A stretch of DNA of 64,000 nucleotides, from sequence record OV754623; one strand, written 5' to 3'. This stretch comes from Escherichia phage UGJNEcP1. The position numbers and the translations under genes were made by a program. This document shows, piece by piece, positions 9,656 to 20,179 of this stretch. Numbering within the stretch: position 1 is the stretch's first letter; every line of letters starts with the position of its first letter. A model generated the notes under the pieces. The model saw only the letters and a list, made by a program, of their open reading frames with translations. It was not told the origin of the DNA and did not search any database.

Positions 9656-10321
9656 ATGGCCGATTTAAAAGCTGGTAGTACAACTGGCGGTGCTGTTATA
9701 TGGCATCAAGGTAATTTCCCTTTAATGCCGGCAGGTGATGACGTCCTGTATAAAACGTTTAAACTCTATTCAGAATATAATAAGCCACAAGCGGCTGATA
9801 ACGATTTCGTTTCTAAAGCTAATGGTGGTACGTATGCCGCTCGAGTAACATTTAATAATGGTGTGCAAGTACCTTATGCCGTAAATAACACAAATCAAAG
9901 TGGTATTTATCCTGGCAATGGCGATGCTGCTACTTTTGATACAGCAAATATTGATATTGTTTCATGGTATGGCATTGGTTTTAAATCATCACAAGGATCT
10001 GCAGGTAGAACTGTTGTTGTTAACACTCGTACTGGTGATATCAGCACTAAAGGTGGTATTTATGCAACTGGTCCTGTCCGTTCTAACGCTACTGCTCCTA
10101 TAGCAGCGAATGACCTTACTAGAAAGGACTATGTTGACGGACGAATAAATATTGTTACGGATAACGCAAATTCCCGTGTATTGCGTAAAGGCGATACCAT
10201 GACTGGTACTTTAACAGCACCAAACTTTTTCTCACAGAATCCGGCGTCTGAGGCTAATCATGTTCCTCGTTTCGACCAGATTGTAATTAAAGATTCTGTT
10301 CAAGATTTCGGCTATTATTAA
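9656..10321 (+). CDS. 36: long tail fibre distal connector gp36
   Basis: 221 aa, same as T4 gp36; SD AAGGAG upstream. Confidence 0.9.
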   Translation: MADLKAGSTTGGAVIWHQGNFPLMPAGDDVLYKTFKLYSEYNKPQAADNDFVSKANGGTYAARVTFNNGVQVPYAVNNTNQSGIYPGNGDAATFDTANIDIVSWYGIGFKSSQGSAGRTVVVNTRTGDISTKGGIYATGPVRSNATAPIAANDLTRKDYVDGRINIVTDNANSRVLRKGDTMTGTLTAPNFFSQNPASEANHVPRFDQIVIKDSVQDFGYY

Positions 10322-10329
10322 GAGGACTT

Positions 10330-13300
10330 ATGGCTACATTAAAACAGATACAATTTAAAAGAAGCAAAGTGGCAGGAGTTAATCCTACTGCAGCACAATT
10401 AGCCGAAGGCGAATTAGCGATAAACTTAAAAGATCGAACTCTTTTTACTAAAGATGACCTCGGTAATATTATTAGCCTAGGCTTTGCTAAGGGTGGGGAT
10501 ATTAACGGTAATGTAACTCAAACTGGCGATTATTTACAAAACGGCACGTATAATCTCAATGGAAATCAGTTTGTTTATGCAGGAAAATACATTGAATTTT
10601 TACCTAAAACCACTGGAAATGGCGCTTGGGCTAACCAACATTCGAATAAAGCCCCTATCTTTACAGATTTAAGTTCAACTACTTCTGTTTCAGAATACCA
10701 TCCACTGATTAAACAACGCTATAAAGATGGAACTTTTTCTGCTGGTACATTAGTAAACGAAGGTAGTTTTAAATTCCATTATATTGATGAAACCGGGACT
10801 TCAAAATACTGGACTTTTAATCGAAACGGTAATTTTCAAGTTGATTCCGGAAGTTTATTAGTATCTAATGGATATTTAGTTACTCAAAGTAATATTGAAA
10901 CTAAAGCTGGTTCTTTAATTGGTCCTAAAGTTATTACCAAAAATATCAATGTGAGCACTAAATCTTGGGACACTAATATTGATACTGCATATGATTTAGT
11001 TTCATTACCGACTTGGCAGTATACTCCAACCGAAACAGATTTGGATACTAATGGTATAAACTACCTTCGTAAATTCCGCGGACATGTTTCTTCTGCTATT
11101 TTCCATGAAGTTGCTGATGCTCGTTCAGGTAAACCACAGAATATTTCGTATTGGACAGGACGTAATGCTGAAGTTTATCAATGGTCTTATACCACAGATG
11201 GGCGTATGTCTGTTGCTAATTCGATAGGTATAGGTCTTGCTGATGTTGGTGACCAAGGACGTTATCCATTGGTTTCGTTTGGTAAAGGTATTGCAATTGG
11301 TGACAATGATACTGGTATTAAATGGGTTCGTGACGGGGTTATCGATTTAGTTGCGAATGGTATTTCTGCCGGCACTATTCTTAATAACGGTATTAACAGT
11401 ACTAAAAAATTGATGGTTGGTTATAGTCGAGATTCTGGTTCTACTTGGGATTACCCAAATAACAACCAAGCAATGTTTACTGCGCGTACCGATGTTGATG
11501 GTAATAATAACGGTGACGGTCAGACTCATATCGGTTATAGTAGCAATGCCAAGATGTATCACTATTTCCGTGGCACTGGTCGTATGTCCGTTAGTATGGG
11601 TGATGGGCTTCTTGTTGAGCCTGGCATTTTAGATATTAAAACCAGTTCAAATAGGGTTGCTATTAGAGCAGATGGTACATTTGACTCAACCCAACGTATT
11701 TCAATGCGTACTGGGTTATTTTTATCAGGTGATGACAATACCAATGCTTTGACATTTAAAGCGCCTACAGGCGTTGACGGGACAAAAACCATTAACTGGG
11801 ATGCAGGTACTCGTAATGGTCAGAATAAAAATACTGTAACCATTAAAGCATGGGGTAACTCATTTAACGCTGAAAAGGGTAATAGAGAAACTGTATTTGA
11901 AGTATCAGATTCACAAGGTTATTATTTTTATGCTCAACGTACCAACCCGGCTTCTGGTGAAACAGTAGGTCCTGTTAACTTTAAATTTAACGGAACTGTC
12001 GAAACAGGCCATATCATAGGCCTTGGTAATATAAGTGCCTCCGGTACAGGTTCTTTTGGTGGCAATGTTACCATGACTAATGGCCTGTTTGTCCAAGGTG
12101 GTTCTTCTATTACAGGCCAAGTTAAAATTGGTGGAACAGCTGATGCATTAAGAATTTGGAATGCTGAATACGGTGCTATTTTCCGTCGTTCTGAAGATAA
12201 GCTTTATATTATTCCAACCCCGCAGAATGCTGGCGAATCAGGTGGTATTTCTAATTTACGTCCGTTCTATATTACATTAAGTACCGGTAAAGTTTCTATG
12301 GACCATGATGTAGATATCGGTGGTGGAATATTTAAAGTAGAAACTAGTGGAACAACAGCAGGGAAACGTATTACAGTTAATGCGGCGTCAGATGCTATTA
12401 GAATAAATGCCCCAACGCAAGAGTCTTCTAACTTTATTCAAGGACGTAAAGCAGATGTTACAAAATGGTATTTAGGTATTGGCGATGGCGGCAACGTCGT
12501 TCGTATGCATAGTTACACCTATTCACATGGTATTGCACTGAATTCTGATACTGTCGATATTACTAAACCATTAAAAGTTGGTAATGCTCAATTCGGTACT
12601 GATGGTAATATCACTGGTGGTTCTGGTAATTTTGCTAACTTGAATACCACAATAAATAACCTTAAGACAGATATTGTCTCAAGTTATCCAATTGGTGCTC
12701 CGATTCCTTGGCCTACTGATACACCTCCTGAAGGTTATGCCATAATGGAAGGCCAGACGTTTGATACTGACTTGTATCCTAAGTTAGCTGCGGTGTATCC
12801 TTCCGGCGCTCTGCCTGATATGCGCGGTCAAACTATCAAGGGTAAACCATCCGGGCGTGCTGTATTAAGTACAGAAGCAGACGGTGTTAAGTCACATAGC
12901 CATAGTGCAAGTGCGTCAAGCACGGATTTAGGTACTAAGACCACTTCTAGTTTTGATTACGGTAGCAAAACGACTTCAAGCTTTGATTATGGTACTAAAA
13001 CCAGTAATACTACTGGTAACCATAACCATACAGTGAGTGGTAATACTAGTGCCGCTGGTAATCACCAGCACTCACAGACAGGCCCAAGAGGACCTAGTAA
13101 CCAACCGACCGGGATATTTCCTAATGGGGCTACTCTAATTAGTGGGACTCAGGTTATTAGTTTTGGCCTAAGCAACGGTATCGTGCCTGGTACAAGCCAA
13201 TATATTGCAAAGTCGTCAACAGAAGGTAACCATACCCATAGTTGGTCAGGAACTACTAGCGCTACTGGTAACCATGCCCATACGGTAGGTATTGGTGCTC

Positions 13301-13443
13301 ATACCCATTCGGTAGGTATTGGTGCTCATTCTCATACTGTTGCAATTGGTTCCCATGGGCATACAATAACTGTAAATGCCACAGGAAATACAGAAAACAC
13401 TGTTAAAAACGTTGCTTTTAACTATATCGTTCGTTTAGCATAA
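10330..13443 (+). CDS. 37: long tail fibre distal subunit gp37 with His-x-His tip motifs
   Basis: 1037 aa (T4 gp37 1026 aa); C-terminal GNHTHSWSG...[23 protein letters not shown] HxH repeats. Confidence 0.95.
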   Translation: MATLKQIQFKRSKVAGVNPTAAQLAEGELAINLKDRTLFTKDDLGNIISLGFAKGGDINGNVTQTGDYLQNGTYNLNGNQFVYAGKYIEFLPKTTGNGAWANQHSNKAPIFTDLSSTTSVSEYHPLIKQRYKDGTFSAGTLVNEGSFKFHYIDETGTSKYWTFNRNGNFQVDSGSLLVSNGYLVTQSNIETKAGSLIGPKVITKNINVSTKSWDTNIDTAYDLVSLPTWQYTPTETDLDTNGINYLRKFRGHVSSAIFHEVADARSGKPQNISYWTGRNAEVYQWSYTTDGRMSVANSIGIGLADVGDQGRYPLVSFGKGIAIGDNDTGIKWVRDGVIDLVANGISAGTILNNGINSTKKLMVGYSRDSGSTWDYPNNNQAMFTARTDVDGNNNGDGQTHIGYSSNAKMYHYFRGTGRMSVSMGDGLLVEPGILDIKTSSNRVAIRADGTFDSTQRISMRTGLFLSGDDNTNALTFKAPTGVDGTKTINWDAGTRNGQNKNTVTIKAWGNSFNAEKGNRETVFEVSDSQGYYFYAQRTNPASGETVGPVNFKFNGTVETGHIIGLGNISASGTGSFGGNVTMTNGLFVQGGSSITGQVKIGGTADALRIWNAEYGAIFRRSEDKLYIIPTPQNAGESGGISNLRPFYITLSTGKVSMDHDVDIGGGIFKVETSGTTAGKRITVNAASDAIRINAPTQESSNFIQGRKADVTKWYLGIGDGGNVVRMHSYTYSHGIALNSDTVDITKPLKVGNAQFGTDGNITGGSGNFANLNTTINNLKTDIVSSYPIGAPIPWPTDTPPEGYAIMEGQTFDTDLYPKLAAVYPSGALPDMRGQTIKGKPSGRAVLSTEADGVKSHSHSASASSTDLGTKTTSSFDYGSKTTSSFDYGTKTSNTTGNHNHTVSGNTSAAGNHQHSQTGPRGPSNQPTGIFPNGATLISGTQVISFGLSNGIVPGTSQYIAKSSTEGNHTHSWSGTTSATGNHAHTVGIGAHTHSVGIGAHSHTVAIGSHGHTITVNATGNTENTVKNVAFNYIVRLA
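12931..13002 (+). repeat. tandem 30-nt direct repeat within gene 37 encoding (T)KTTSSFDYG twice
   Basis: actaagaccacttctagttttgattacggt followed by agcaaaacgacttcaagctttgattatggt; peptide [25 protein letters not shown]. Confidence 0.7.
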
Positions 13444-13449
13444 GGAGAA

Positions 13450-13463
13450 GGGACTTCGGTCCC
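13450..13463 (+). promoter_or_regulatory. UUCG-tetraloop hairpin between the gene 38 Shine-Dalgarno and AUG (also a possible gene 37 terminator)
   Basis: AAGGAG at 13442-13447, hairpin GGGAC-UUCG-GUCCC, then UUUUUAUAAU-AUG at 13474. Confidence 0.55.
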
Positions 13464-13473
13464 TTTTTATAAT

Positions 13474-14025
13474 ATGAAACTCTATCACTATTATTTTGAC
13501 ACTAAAGAATTTTACAAAGAAGAAAATTATAAACCATTAAAAGGCGTAGGATTTCCGGCTCATTCGACACCAAAAAAACCTTTAGACCCTAAAGAAGGCT
13601 ATGCTGTTATATTTGACGAACGCGAGCAAGAATGGGTATATGTTGAAGACCATCGTGGAAAAACAGTATGGACTTATGATAAGCAAAAAATTGTTATTGA
13701 CACTCCAGGTGCTCTTCAAAATGTTACTACAGAAGAACCTGGTGAATTTGACATTTGGACCGACGACGGGTGGAAGGAAGATGAAGCATATAAACGCGTA
13801 GTTCAACGTGATAAGAAAATTCATGAACTCTATAAATTATTCAGTGTTTTAAGTTCTCTTATTGACGCAGAGGTTGCTAATAGAGAAGAAAAACGAAAAT
13901 TTAAAGAGCTCAAAAAATTCTTTGCCCTTTTAGAAAAACATGAACATCTTGGCGGCGAATTCCCTAAATTCCCTGACCTTGAAAAAAAATCTATTGTCAA
14001 AGCGATTATAAATATCTTTAAGTAA
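13474..14025 (+). CDS. 38: tail fibre assembly protein gp38 (T4-type, short form)
   Basis: 183 aa as T4 gp38; no glycine-rich T2-type adhesin segments; synteny after 37. Confidence 0.85.
   Translation: MKLYHYYFDTKEFYKEENYKPLKGVGFPAHSTPKKPLDPKEGYAVIFDEREQEWVYVEDHRGKTVWTYDKQKIVIDTPGALQNVTTEEPGEFDIWTDDGWKEDEAYKRVVQRDKKIHELYKLFSVLSSLIDAEVANREEKRKFKELKKFFALLEKHEHLGGEFPKFPDLEKKSIVKAIINIFK
14007..14014 (+). promoter_or_regulatory. T4 late promoter TATAAATA for holin gene t
   Basis: exact TATAAATA inside the 3' end of gene 38, about 20 nt upstream of t AUG. Confidence 0.65.
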
Positions 14026-14034
14026 GGAGGTATT

Positions 14035-14697
14035 ATGGCAACACCAAAAGTGTCATTTTCGCCTAGTGATATTCTATTTGGGTTGCTAGATCGTATTTTC
14101 AAAGATAACGCTACTGGAAAGGTTTTAATGTCCCGAGTAGCGGTAATTATTCTTTTGTTCCTAATGGCACTAATATGGTACAAAGGAAGTATTTTGCTGG
14201 ATTATTATGTAAGAGCTAAGTATGATACTTATACTGAAATAATCCAAAAAGAACGAGCTTTACGTTTTGAATCTGCGGCTCTAGAACAACTGCAAATAGT
14301 TCATATCTCATCTGGTGCAGATTTTAGTGCTGTGTATTCTTTCAGACCTAAAAACTTAAATTATTTTGTCGACCTTATAGCTTATGAAGGCAAACTACCT
14401 AGCACAATTTCTGAAAAGTCGCTTGGTGGATTCCCGGTGGATAAAACGGCTAATGAATATATAATTCATTTAAGTGGCCGTCATTTCTCATCTAAATCAG
14501 AATTTGCATTTTTGCCTACAAAATCTAAGACTGCCGAACTTTCTTATATGTATAGTTGTCCATACTTTAATTTGGATAACATCTATGCTGGAACTGTGGC
14601 GATGTATTGGTATAAGGGGAATAATAATATACTTGAGGAAGATCGCTTAGCGGCTATATGCAACCAAGCGATCCGAATACTAGGAAGGGCTAAATAA
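14035..14697 (+). CDS. t: holin T
   Basis: 220 aa; KDNATGKVL.SRVAV and FESAALEQLQIVHISSGADFSAVYSFRPKNLNYFVD match T4 holin as recalled; single N-terminal TM segment. Confidence 0.95.
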   Translation: MATPKVSFSPSDILFGLLDRIFKDNATGKVLMSRVAVIILLFLMALIWYKGSILLDYYVRAKYDTYTEIIQKERALRFESAALEQLQIVHISSGADFSAVYSFRPKNLNYFVDLIAYEGKLPSTISEKSLGGFPVDKTANEYIIHLSGRHFSSKSEFAFLPTKSKTAELSYMYSCPYFNLDNIYAGTVAMYWYKGNNNILEEDRLAAICNQAIRILGRAK

Positions 14698-14970
14698 TTA
14701 GTTGTTAGAATACATCGCTAAATGACGATAAATATTTTCAAAACCTTCATTGAATTCACTAATCAGTGTTTTCTTTTCTTCGGCAGTTAAATTTGTAATT
14801 AGTTTTCTAAAAGAATTCTGATTTAGCTGCCGACCATCTTTTTTAATTCCAATCTCATTCAAGAATCCGATGAAACTTGCTCGGTCTTCAACAATATCTT
14901 CCCTAGAGAATTTAATCAAAATAGAAGCAATAGTAATAATTTCACGTACAATTTCAATATCTTTATTCAT
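14698..14970 (-). CDS. asiA: anti-sigma70 factor AsiA
   Basis: 90 aa; VREIIT.ASILIKFSREDIVE...FLNEIG matches T4 AsiA as recalled. Confidence 0.95.
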   Translation of the reverse strand: MNKDIEIVREIITIASILIKFSREDIVEDRASFIGFLNEIGIKKDGRQLNQNSFRKLITNLTAEEKKTLISEFNEGFENIYRHLAMYSNN

Positions 14971-15016
14971 AACGTTTTATTCATTCTACTTAGTTGATAT
15001 GGATATAGTACCATTA

Positions 15017-15232
15017 TCAGTGTTGATTGTAAACAGCTTTTTCTACGCTTTTAACGTAATTGACGTAGTCTTCCTGTTCGTACGAGTGTAAGGCTAAGAA
15101 CAGAGCTAATAGTTCATTATAGACTAAAGCCTCACGCTCGCGTTCGGCCTCTACTACGTTCTGAAGATTATGGCTCATACCGTTCCTTATAACTATCAAT
15201 ATAGTCCTGTATGTCGAAGAATGACATTTCAT
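15017..15232 (-). CDS. hypothetical small early protein
   Basis: 71-aa ORF in the asiA-motA interval; no motif recognised. Confidence 0.35.
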   Translation of the reverse strand: MKCHSSTYRTILIVIRNGMSHNLQNVVEAEREREALVYNELLALFLALHSYEQEDYVNYVKSVEKAVYNQH

Positions 15233-15467
15233 ATTCTAGGGCATTAAGAGCCCGTTCTTCAGTATAGTCAGAACCAAAGACGATAGTGATTTCACCAGGC
15301 TTCATGTGATTGAAATCAACACTAAAAGGAATACGAGAACATACTTCGTCTGCCATATCTGCAACAACACTACGATACACTTCTCGGTTAACCTGATAAA
15401 GCTCTGCAAGTTCTTCGCATCGAATAACAAGTTCAGTGGCAGGATTTTCTTTGATTTTAGTAAGCAT
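15168..15467 (-). CDS. hypothetical early protein
   Basis: ORF 15168..15554; internal Met at MLTKIKE is the more likely start; acidic. Confidence 0.4.
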   Translation of the reverse strand: MLTKIKENPATELVIRCEELAELYQVNREVYRSVVADMADEVCSRIPFSVDFNHMKPGEITIVFGSDYTEERALNALEYEMSFFDIQDYIDSYKERYEP

Positions 15468-15550
15468 AGTCTTTACCCTTATGTTTTTGTTTGCGTTTAG
15501 ATTGAAGTTCTGATTTCTTCTTGTCCTTATGGACAGAAGCCTTATTGAAA

Positions 15551-15769
15551 TCATGTTTTGCTACAAGATTGTTCATAATGATTTATAACCTCATTTAAGC
15601 ATTTATCGGTAAAAGAAAACTTTTTAGCCACAGAACATTCGATAATGTGCTCTTTCAAATCTTTAGAGTCGGTATATCCCATCTCAGTAATAAAGTGGCG
15701 AATTAAAGCTTTATTCTTATCATTGACAGAATTAAAATAATCTGCTTTAGAATCAATTATTCTCATCAT
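15551..15769 (-). CDS. hypothetical early protein
   Basis: 72-aa ORF, stop/start overlap with neighbour. Confidence 0.4.
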   Translation of the reverse strand: MMRIIDSKADYFNSVNDKNKALIRHFITEMGYTDSKDLKEHIIECSVAKKFSFTDKCLNEVINHYEQSCSKT

Positions 15770-16034
15770 CTAATTTCCTTAATTGATATTGCAACGAGCT
15801 AATAATTTCTTCATTCATTTTAATATACATGTCACACAAGAAAGATTTTAACCCGTCACGAATAATTGCTAACTTATCACCTTTACATAAATTGACCAAA
15901 TAAGGATGATCTAAAGCATCCCAACCAGGCTGATTAGCATACATACCATAGTTTTCTTCCATCATATGATTAAGACGTTTGATATCTTGGATACGTGTTT
16001 CAATAGCATCTTTCTGGAGTTGTTTAATATTCAT
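15753..16034 (-). CDS. hypothetical early protein in the arn region
   Basis: 93 aa; T4 arn (about 92 aa) lies between asiA and motA, but identity cannot be confirmed from sequence alone. Confidence 0.4.
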   Translation of the reverse strand: MNIKQLQKDAIETRIQDIKRLNHMMEENYGMYANQPGWDALDHPYLVNLCKGDKLAIIRDGLKSFLCDMYIKMNEEIISSLQYQLRKLDDENN

Positions 16035-16495
16035 TAATAAAGGTCCTCTGAATAAAGTTCTTTCTCACTTCCGCCACGTTCAATACGTACCTGTCCAGCA
16101 TATGTTGCAATAATCATTGCTTCTTCACGAGTCCAGTAATTAGAGTATTGGTCGATAAAGCCTTGGTCGTCACCACAAACTTGTTGCGAGACTAATTGAG
16201 GACCAACTATATCAAGTACTTCAGCCATATCTTTAGAGTAATGACGAACTCCAGGAATAACCAGAGTTCCACCGCTCTTCAATTTAAACCTATTAGCTGC
16301 ACATACTATAACACGTTGAACTTTTTGGTCATTATTCCAATAGCATGTTTGCCAACAGATTTCAGGAACTTCATTCATTATATCATCAGCAGAATAATTA
16401 TAACCGTAGGACTGGAATTTTTCTGCTAGACTTTCAGGAGTCTCACGAGACAAGGCCAAATCTAATAGCTCTAAACGTTCTTTAAATGATTTCAT
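16034..16495 (-). CDS. hypothetical early protein
   Basis: 153-aa ORF, tight packing with neighbours. Confidence 0.45.
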   Translation of the reverse strand: MKSFKERLELLDLALSRETPESLAEKFQSYGYNYSADDIMNEVPEICWQTCYWNNDQKVQRVIVCAANRFKLKSGGTLVIPGVRHYSKDMAEVLDIVGPQLVSQQVCGDDQGFIDQYSNYWTREEAMIIATYAGQVRIERGGSEKELYSEDLY

Positions 16496-16836
16496 TTAAA
16501 CCATTCCTTAATACGTTGCCAAATAGATTTTTGTGCTTGTTTATTTACACCAATCGAACGAATAACTGGTTGTGACTGCTGATATTCTTTATAATCTTCT
16601 TTATAGATTTCGTAAGCTGCATCAACAAATGAACTGATCGCTGCCATGTAGTTTTTACGAAGACCACCAGGAGCTACTCCATTAGGGAATTCGGAATTTT
16701 CGCGAATAATTAAATATAACCCAGCTTTAACCTTTACAATTGTCCCTAAATAAGCCCCGTGGTACCAAATATCCCATCCTTCCTGAGTAGGTTCTGCACA
16801 TTTACGAAGTTCGTTAATAATATTCAGCTTATTCAT
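16492..16836 (-). CDS. hypothetical early protein
   Basis: 114-aa ORF with ATGA-type overlap to the downstream gene. Confidence 0.45.
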   Translation of the reverse strand: MNKLNIINELRKCAEPTQEGWDIWYHGAYLGTIVKVKAGLYLIIRENSEFPNGVAPGGLRKNYMAAISSFVDAAYEIYKEDYKEYQQSQPVIRSIGVNKQAQKSIWQRIKEWFK

Positions 16837-16846
16837 TATGTATTCC

Positions 16847-17479
16847 TCACAGTACGTTAGTTACAAGAGTAATGATTTCTTTGGACACATTAGGGAAGTC
16901 AATGTAAGTATATTTACCACCGATCTTAATCTTAACATCATTTTCAAGAGAAGTAAACAGCTTTGATTCAGTTTCTGACATGTTGTATGCAAAGATTCTA
17001 AGAGCGCCATCTCGTCGAATTTCAATTTGGCGAATGCCTAGAACTCGTTTAGCGAATCGAACTTCTAAGTTACTACGGTTTTCACCAATTTCTTTAACTT
17101 CAACTTTATCTTTAATATTTTCAAAAACAAAGTTTGCTAATTCATGCATTTCAGGAGTAACTCCACGTGCTTTTCTAGTGTTACGTTTCTGAAGAAGTTC
17201 TGGAGCATTTTCTTGGGCAAAGAGGTCTGCAGCTTTTTGGATAATATCCATTGCTTCGCCTGTTGCTATAAGTCCATCACCAGATTTTTCGACTAAACCT
17301 TTCTTAATCAATACACCAATGTTAGAGTTAACAACCGATGCATTGTATTCAGCTTCCAGAGCTTCACGGACATTAGCAGCAGTGGTGAAGTTGTTCTTAA
17401 TGATATAAACCATTATTGCAGCAGTTTTTTCATTCAGAGCGTTTTCAGAAGCTTTGATGATGTAAGTAACTTTAGACAT
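16847..17479 (-). CDS. motA: middle-transcription activator MotA
   Basis: ORF 16847..17539; likely start at MSKVTYIIKAS as in T4 MotA; NSNIGVLIKKGLVEKSGDGLI matches T4 MotA as recalled. Confidence 0.9.
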   Translation of the reverse strand: MSKVTYIIKASENALNEKTAAIMVYIIKNNFTTAANVREALEAEYNASVVNSNIGVLIKKGLVEKSGDGLIATGEAMDIIQKAADLFAQENAPELLQKRNTRKARGVTPEMHELANFVFENIKDKVEVKEIGENRSNLEVRFAKRVLGIRQIEIRRDGALRIFAYNMSETESKLFTSLENDVKIKIGGKYTYIDFPNVSKEIITLVTNVL

Positions 17480-17518
17480 TTTATTTCTCCAATTTGGTTG
17501 TTTTGTTTTGATATGTCT

Positions 17519-17547
17519 ATAATACCATGTTTGAAGCAAAAGTAAAC
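17519..17547 (-). promoter_or_regulatory. early promoter for motA (GTTTAC, 17 nt, TATTAT)
   Basis: minus strand GTTTACTTTTGCTTCAAACATGGTATTAT, then GGAG SD and AUG. Confidence 0.55.
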
Positions 17548-17584
17548 TTTATTTTGGGCTCTTTTTCAAAAGCCCTGGTAAAAT

Positions 17585-17800
17585 TTACAAACTCATTTCT
17601 TTAATAAGGCTAATAAGTTTTGCCTTTTTAGAACGAAGCTTTTCTAAATGATGCCCATTTGAACCGCGAACCACTAAAGAATTGATTTCAACTTCTAAGA
17701 AATTTAATTCTTCAACAAGTGCTTTACGGAGAGCATTCATACCAGGTTTAACTTTACCGAAACGAGTAGTTGTGTTTTGAGTTAATTTCATTTTAGACAT
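17585..17800 (-). CDS. hypothetical small basic protein (motA.1 position)
   Basis: 71 aa; begins MSK as MotA does and shares the same promoter/leader sequence. Confidence 0.5.
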   Translation of the reverse strand: MSKMKLTQNTTTRFGKVKPGMNALRKALVEELNFLEVEINSLVVRGSNGHHLEKLRSKKAKLISLIKEMSL

Positions 17801-17839
17801 TTTATTTCTCCAATTTGGCTGTTTTGTTTTGATAGGTTT

Positions 17840-17868
17840 ATAATATCATGTTTGAAGCAAAAGTAAAC
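17840..17868 (-). promoter_or_regulatory. early promoter, near-identical copy of the motA promoter
   Basis: minus strand GTTTACTTTTGCTTCAAACATGATATTAT; about 73 nt near-identical to 17470-17545. Confidence 0.55.
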
Positions 17869-17896
17869 TGTTTTCGTGAGAAAAAAATGCACAAAA

Positions 17897-17912
17897 GGGA
17901 GCTTCGGCTCCC
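17897..17912 (-). terminator. hairpin terminator after gene 52
   Basis: GGGAGC-loop-GCUCCC followed on the minus strand by UUUUGUGCAUUUUUUU. Confidence 0.5.
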
Positions 17913-17988
17913 TAATCATGTTTGTCTAACCAATACAGCCAAATCACTAGTGCAGCTATTGCACCGAGAAATCCTAAGGCTAGGGCAC

Positions 17989-19314
17989 TCAAAGTGCCTC
18001 CAAGTCTTTAGTGTACTCTGTCACAACATCAGTAGACTTCCAATACTCGTTTTCTTCTTTCTTAGCTTTAGCTTCTTCTGCTAGTTTACGTGCTTCGTCG
18101 GAAGTGATATGGAAGATGTTAAGACCTACCAGTTTATCGACATGTTCTTTATACATTTCGATTTGTGCTAGCTCTTCAGTCAAAGCTTTACGAGTCTTGC
18201 CTTGAATCACAATTTCACCGGCAATAACTTTTTTGATGAAGTGTGCCTTAGCAAAAGCAAGTTTAAATGCTTTTTCAGATTCAAGGATTTTGTTGTCAAT
18301 ACGTTTCTGAACGTAAGTCTTACGGACTTCAACAAAATCTTTGATTAAGTCCACTACGTTATCGTAGACCGCTAATTTACCCTTTTCATTAATCACTGTG
18401 ATGTTTTGTGAACGACGTTCGATGAGACTAAAATCTTTCATGATTTTTTCGTGACGTAGCTCTTCATCATCAGGAAGCGAGTACTCTTTACGGAACTTCA
18501 CCTTAAACCCAAAGCCGTGTTCACCACAATCATCTTCCCATGAGATTAGACCTTTGTCTTCCAACGGGTCAAGAACCTTACTCACATACGTTTCACGGTC
18601 GAATTTATATGGGATTTCAGTTATCTGCATTTGAGTGCGAGATGTGAACTTATATGTTCCGTGAATCTCATAACGCCCATCAACTTCATGTACTTCACCA
18701 CGGAATTCCGGGAATTCAACTTTTGGCTTAGTGACATTTTTACCTTGAAGAGCTTGTAATACAGCCTTTTTAACTGATTTAAAACTATGAGGCAGAATAT
18801 TTGTTGCGTAACCGGTTGCAATACCAGAGACGCCATTCAAAAGAACTGTCGGAATAATAGGAAGATAGAATTTTGGTGGAACGTGTTCTTTATCTTCATG
18901 AGCTGGAGCGTATTCAGTATCTTTATAGACATTATAGAAATTTTTACTTACACGAGCAAAAATATAACGAGATGCTGCAGCTTTTTGGACTGTTCTAGAA
19001 CCAAAGTTGCCCTGGCCGTCTAACAGTGGATAGTTGTTGTTCCATGTGTTAGCCATCAATGCACCTGCATCTTGTGCAGAAGATTCGCCATGATGATAAC
19101 CTAAATCTGCAACACCTCCTGCAATTGACGCAAGTTTATGAAATTTTTCTTTATTACCACGAGCCAAATCTAATGCCCGATGAACAACAAAACGTTGAAC
19201 CGGCTTAAATCCATCAATCATGTTTGGGATTGCACGGTTTTCAACGGTGTACATCGCATATGCTAAGGCTTCGTTATCAATAATACTTTTTAGATTACGA
19301 GAATTCAATTGCAT
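17989..19314 (-). CDS. 52: DNA topoisomerase II medium subunit gp52 (GyrA-like)
   Basis: 441 aa (T4 gp52 442 aa); GyrA-like N-terminal region with DGFKPVQRFVVHRALDL and active-site Tyr region. Confidence 0.9.
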   Translation of the reverse strand: MQLNSRNLKSIIDNEALAYAMYTVENRAIPNMIDGFKPVQRFVVHRALDLARGNKEKFHKLASIAGGVADLGYHHGESSAQDAGALMANTWNNNYPLLDGQGNFGSRTVQKAAASRYIFARVSKNFYNVYKDTEYAPAHEDKEHVPPKFYLPIIPTVLLNGVSGIATGYATNILPHSFKSVKKAVLQALQGKNVTKPKVEFPEFRGEVHEVDGRYEIHGTYKFTSRTQMQITEIPYKFDRETYVSKVLDPLEDKGLISWEDDCGEHGFGFKVKFRKEYSLPDDEELRHEKIMKDFSLIERRSQNITVINEKGKLAVYDNVVDLIKDFVEVRKTYVQKRIDNKILESEKAFKLAFAKAHFIKKVIAGEIVIQGKTRKALTEELAQIEMYKEHVDKLVGLNIFHITSDEARKLAEEAKAKKEENEYWKSTDVVTEYTKDLEAL

Positions 19315-19318
19315 ATTT

Positions 19319-19459
19319 TCACCATATTAATGAACGAATAACCATTATAACATCTGAAATGAAAAGCACTACTTGGATTAGTCCAAACATCACACCATAA
19401 TACAGAACCGTAAGCAACAACAAGAGCCCGAAGGCTCCTGCTAAGATTTTCTTAATCAT
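19319..19459 (-). CDS. small hydrophobic protein (52.1 position)
   Basis: 46-aa ORF below the 60-aa track cutoff: MIKKILAGAFGLLLLLTVLYYG...; overlaps neighbours out of frame. Confidence 0.3.
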   Translation of the reverse strand: MIKKILAGAFGLLLLLTVLYYGVMFGLIQVVLFISDVIMVIRSLIW

Positions 19460-19604
19460 TACTCGCCTTTAACACGTTAAGAAGAGCTAAGACCGCTAAG
19501 GTGCCTTGTGATACGGCTTGTTGAAATACTGTTGTTTCGCCTGTAACTAAAGTGTTAACGAATAAAAACAACCAACACAGCAATGCAATAATCCATGATA
19601 CCAT
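19452..19604 (-). CDS. small membrane protein (ac position)
   Basis: 50-aa ORF MVSWIIALLCWLFLFVNTLVTGETT...; position of T4 ac between ndd and 52; below track cutoff. Confidence 0.35.
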   Translation of the reverse strand: MVSWIIALLCWLFLFVNTLVTGETTVFQQAVSQGTLAVLALLNVLKASND

Positions 19605-19656
19605 TTTAATTACCTCAAAAATAAATTAAAGGACTATTAAGCTAGGCCCGTATAAA

Positions 19657-20103
19657 TTAGTAACTCTGCAGAATGAATTTGAAATTATCTGCCAGAAGAC
19701 GGTTCATTTCAGTGAGTGTTTGATATTCTGATGTATGATTGCGAGTGAATGCCAGAGCCAATTGTCCTTTACCATAACCAGTAGTCAGGGGTTTCATGTT
19801 CTTAGCTGCAACAAAGATTACATCATATTCAATATTGTTAGTGCCCATAGTACGGGCTAGTTGTGAACGGCCTTGACGAATGTGAGAAAGAATTGCATCC
19901 AACCCTTGTTTAGAACGTTGACGTCCTACAAAGAATCGTGCTGCTACTTGTCGCCAATCAGATGAACCTTTAACAAAGAAGTAAAAACCTTCACGAGAAC
20001 GAAACTCTTTAGAAACTTCAGAACCGTATTCACCATTACGAACTACTGCAACAACTTCACCGCCAACTGCCAGAAGGTCTTTACGAGTTAAATATTTGGA
20101 CAT
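19657..20103 (-). CDS. ndd: nucleoid disruption protein Ndd
   Basis: 148 aa; [13 protein letters not shown]...[14 protein letters not shown]...[38 protein letters not shown] matches T4 Ndd as recalled. Confidence 0.85.
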   Translation of the reverse strand: MSKYLTRKDLLAVGGEVVAVVRNGEYGSEVSKEFRSREGFYFFVKGSSDWRQVAARFFVGRQRSKQGLDAILSHIRQGRSQLARTMGTNNIEYDVIFVAAKNMKPLTTGYGKGQLALAFTRNHTSEYQTLTEMNRLLADNFKFILQSY

Positions 20104-20179
20104 GCTAATTTCCTCAATTGATTAATGTTTTTGTAATCCATGAGAGCATTATACTCTGCTCTCAAGAGTTTGTACAATT

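Noticed and set aside
9900-10103. Plus-strand 67-aa ORF inside gene 36 in another frame
   Set aside because: Leu-rich translation from an alternate frame of a coding region; no independent signals
17528-17541. TTTGCTTCA on the minus strand resembling a MotA box (middle promoter) in the motA promoter
   Set aside because: The spacing to the -10 is about 7 nt rather than the roughly 12 nt expected for a MotA-dependent promoter; a GTTTAC -35 at canonical spacing makes this an early promoter
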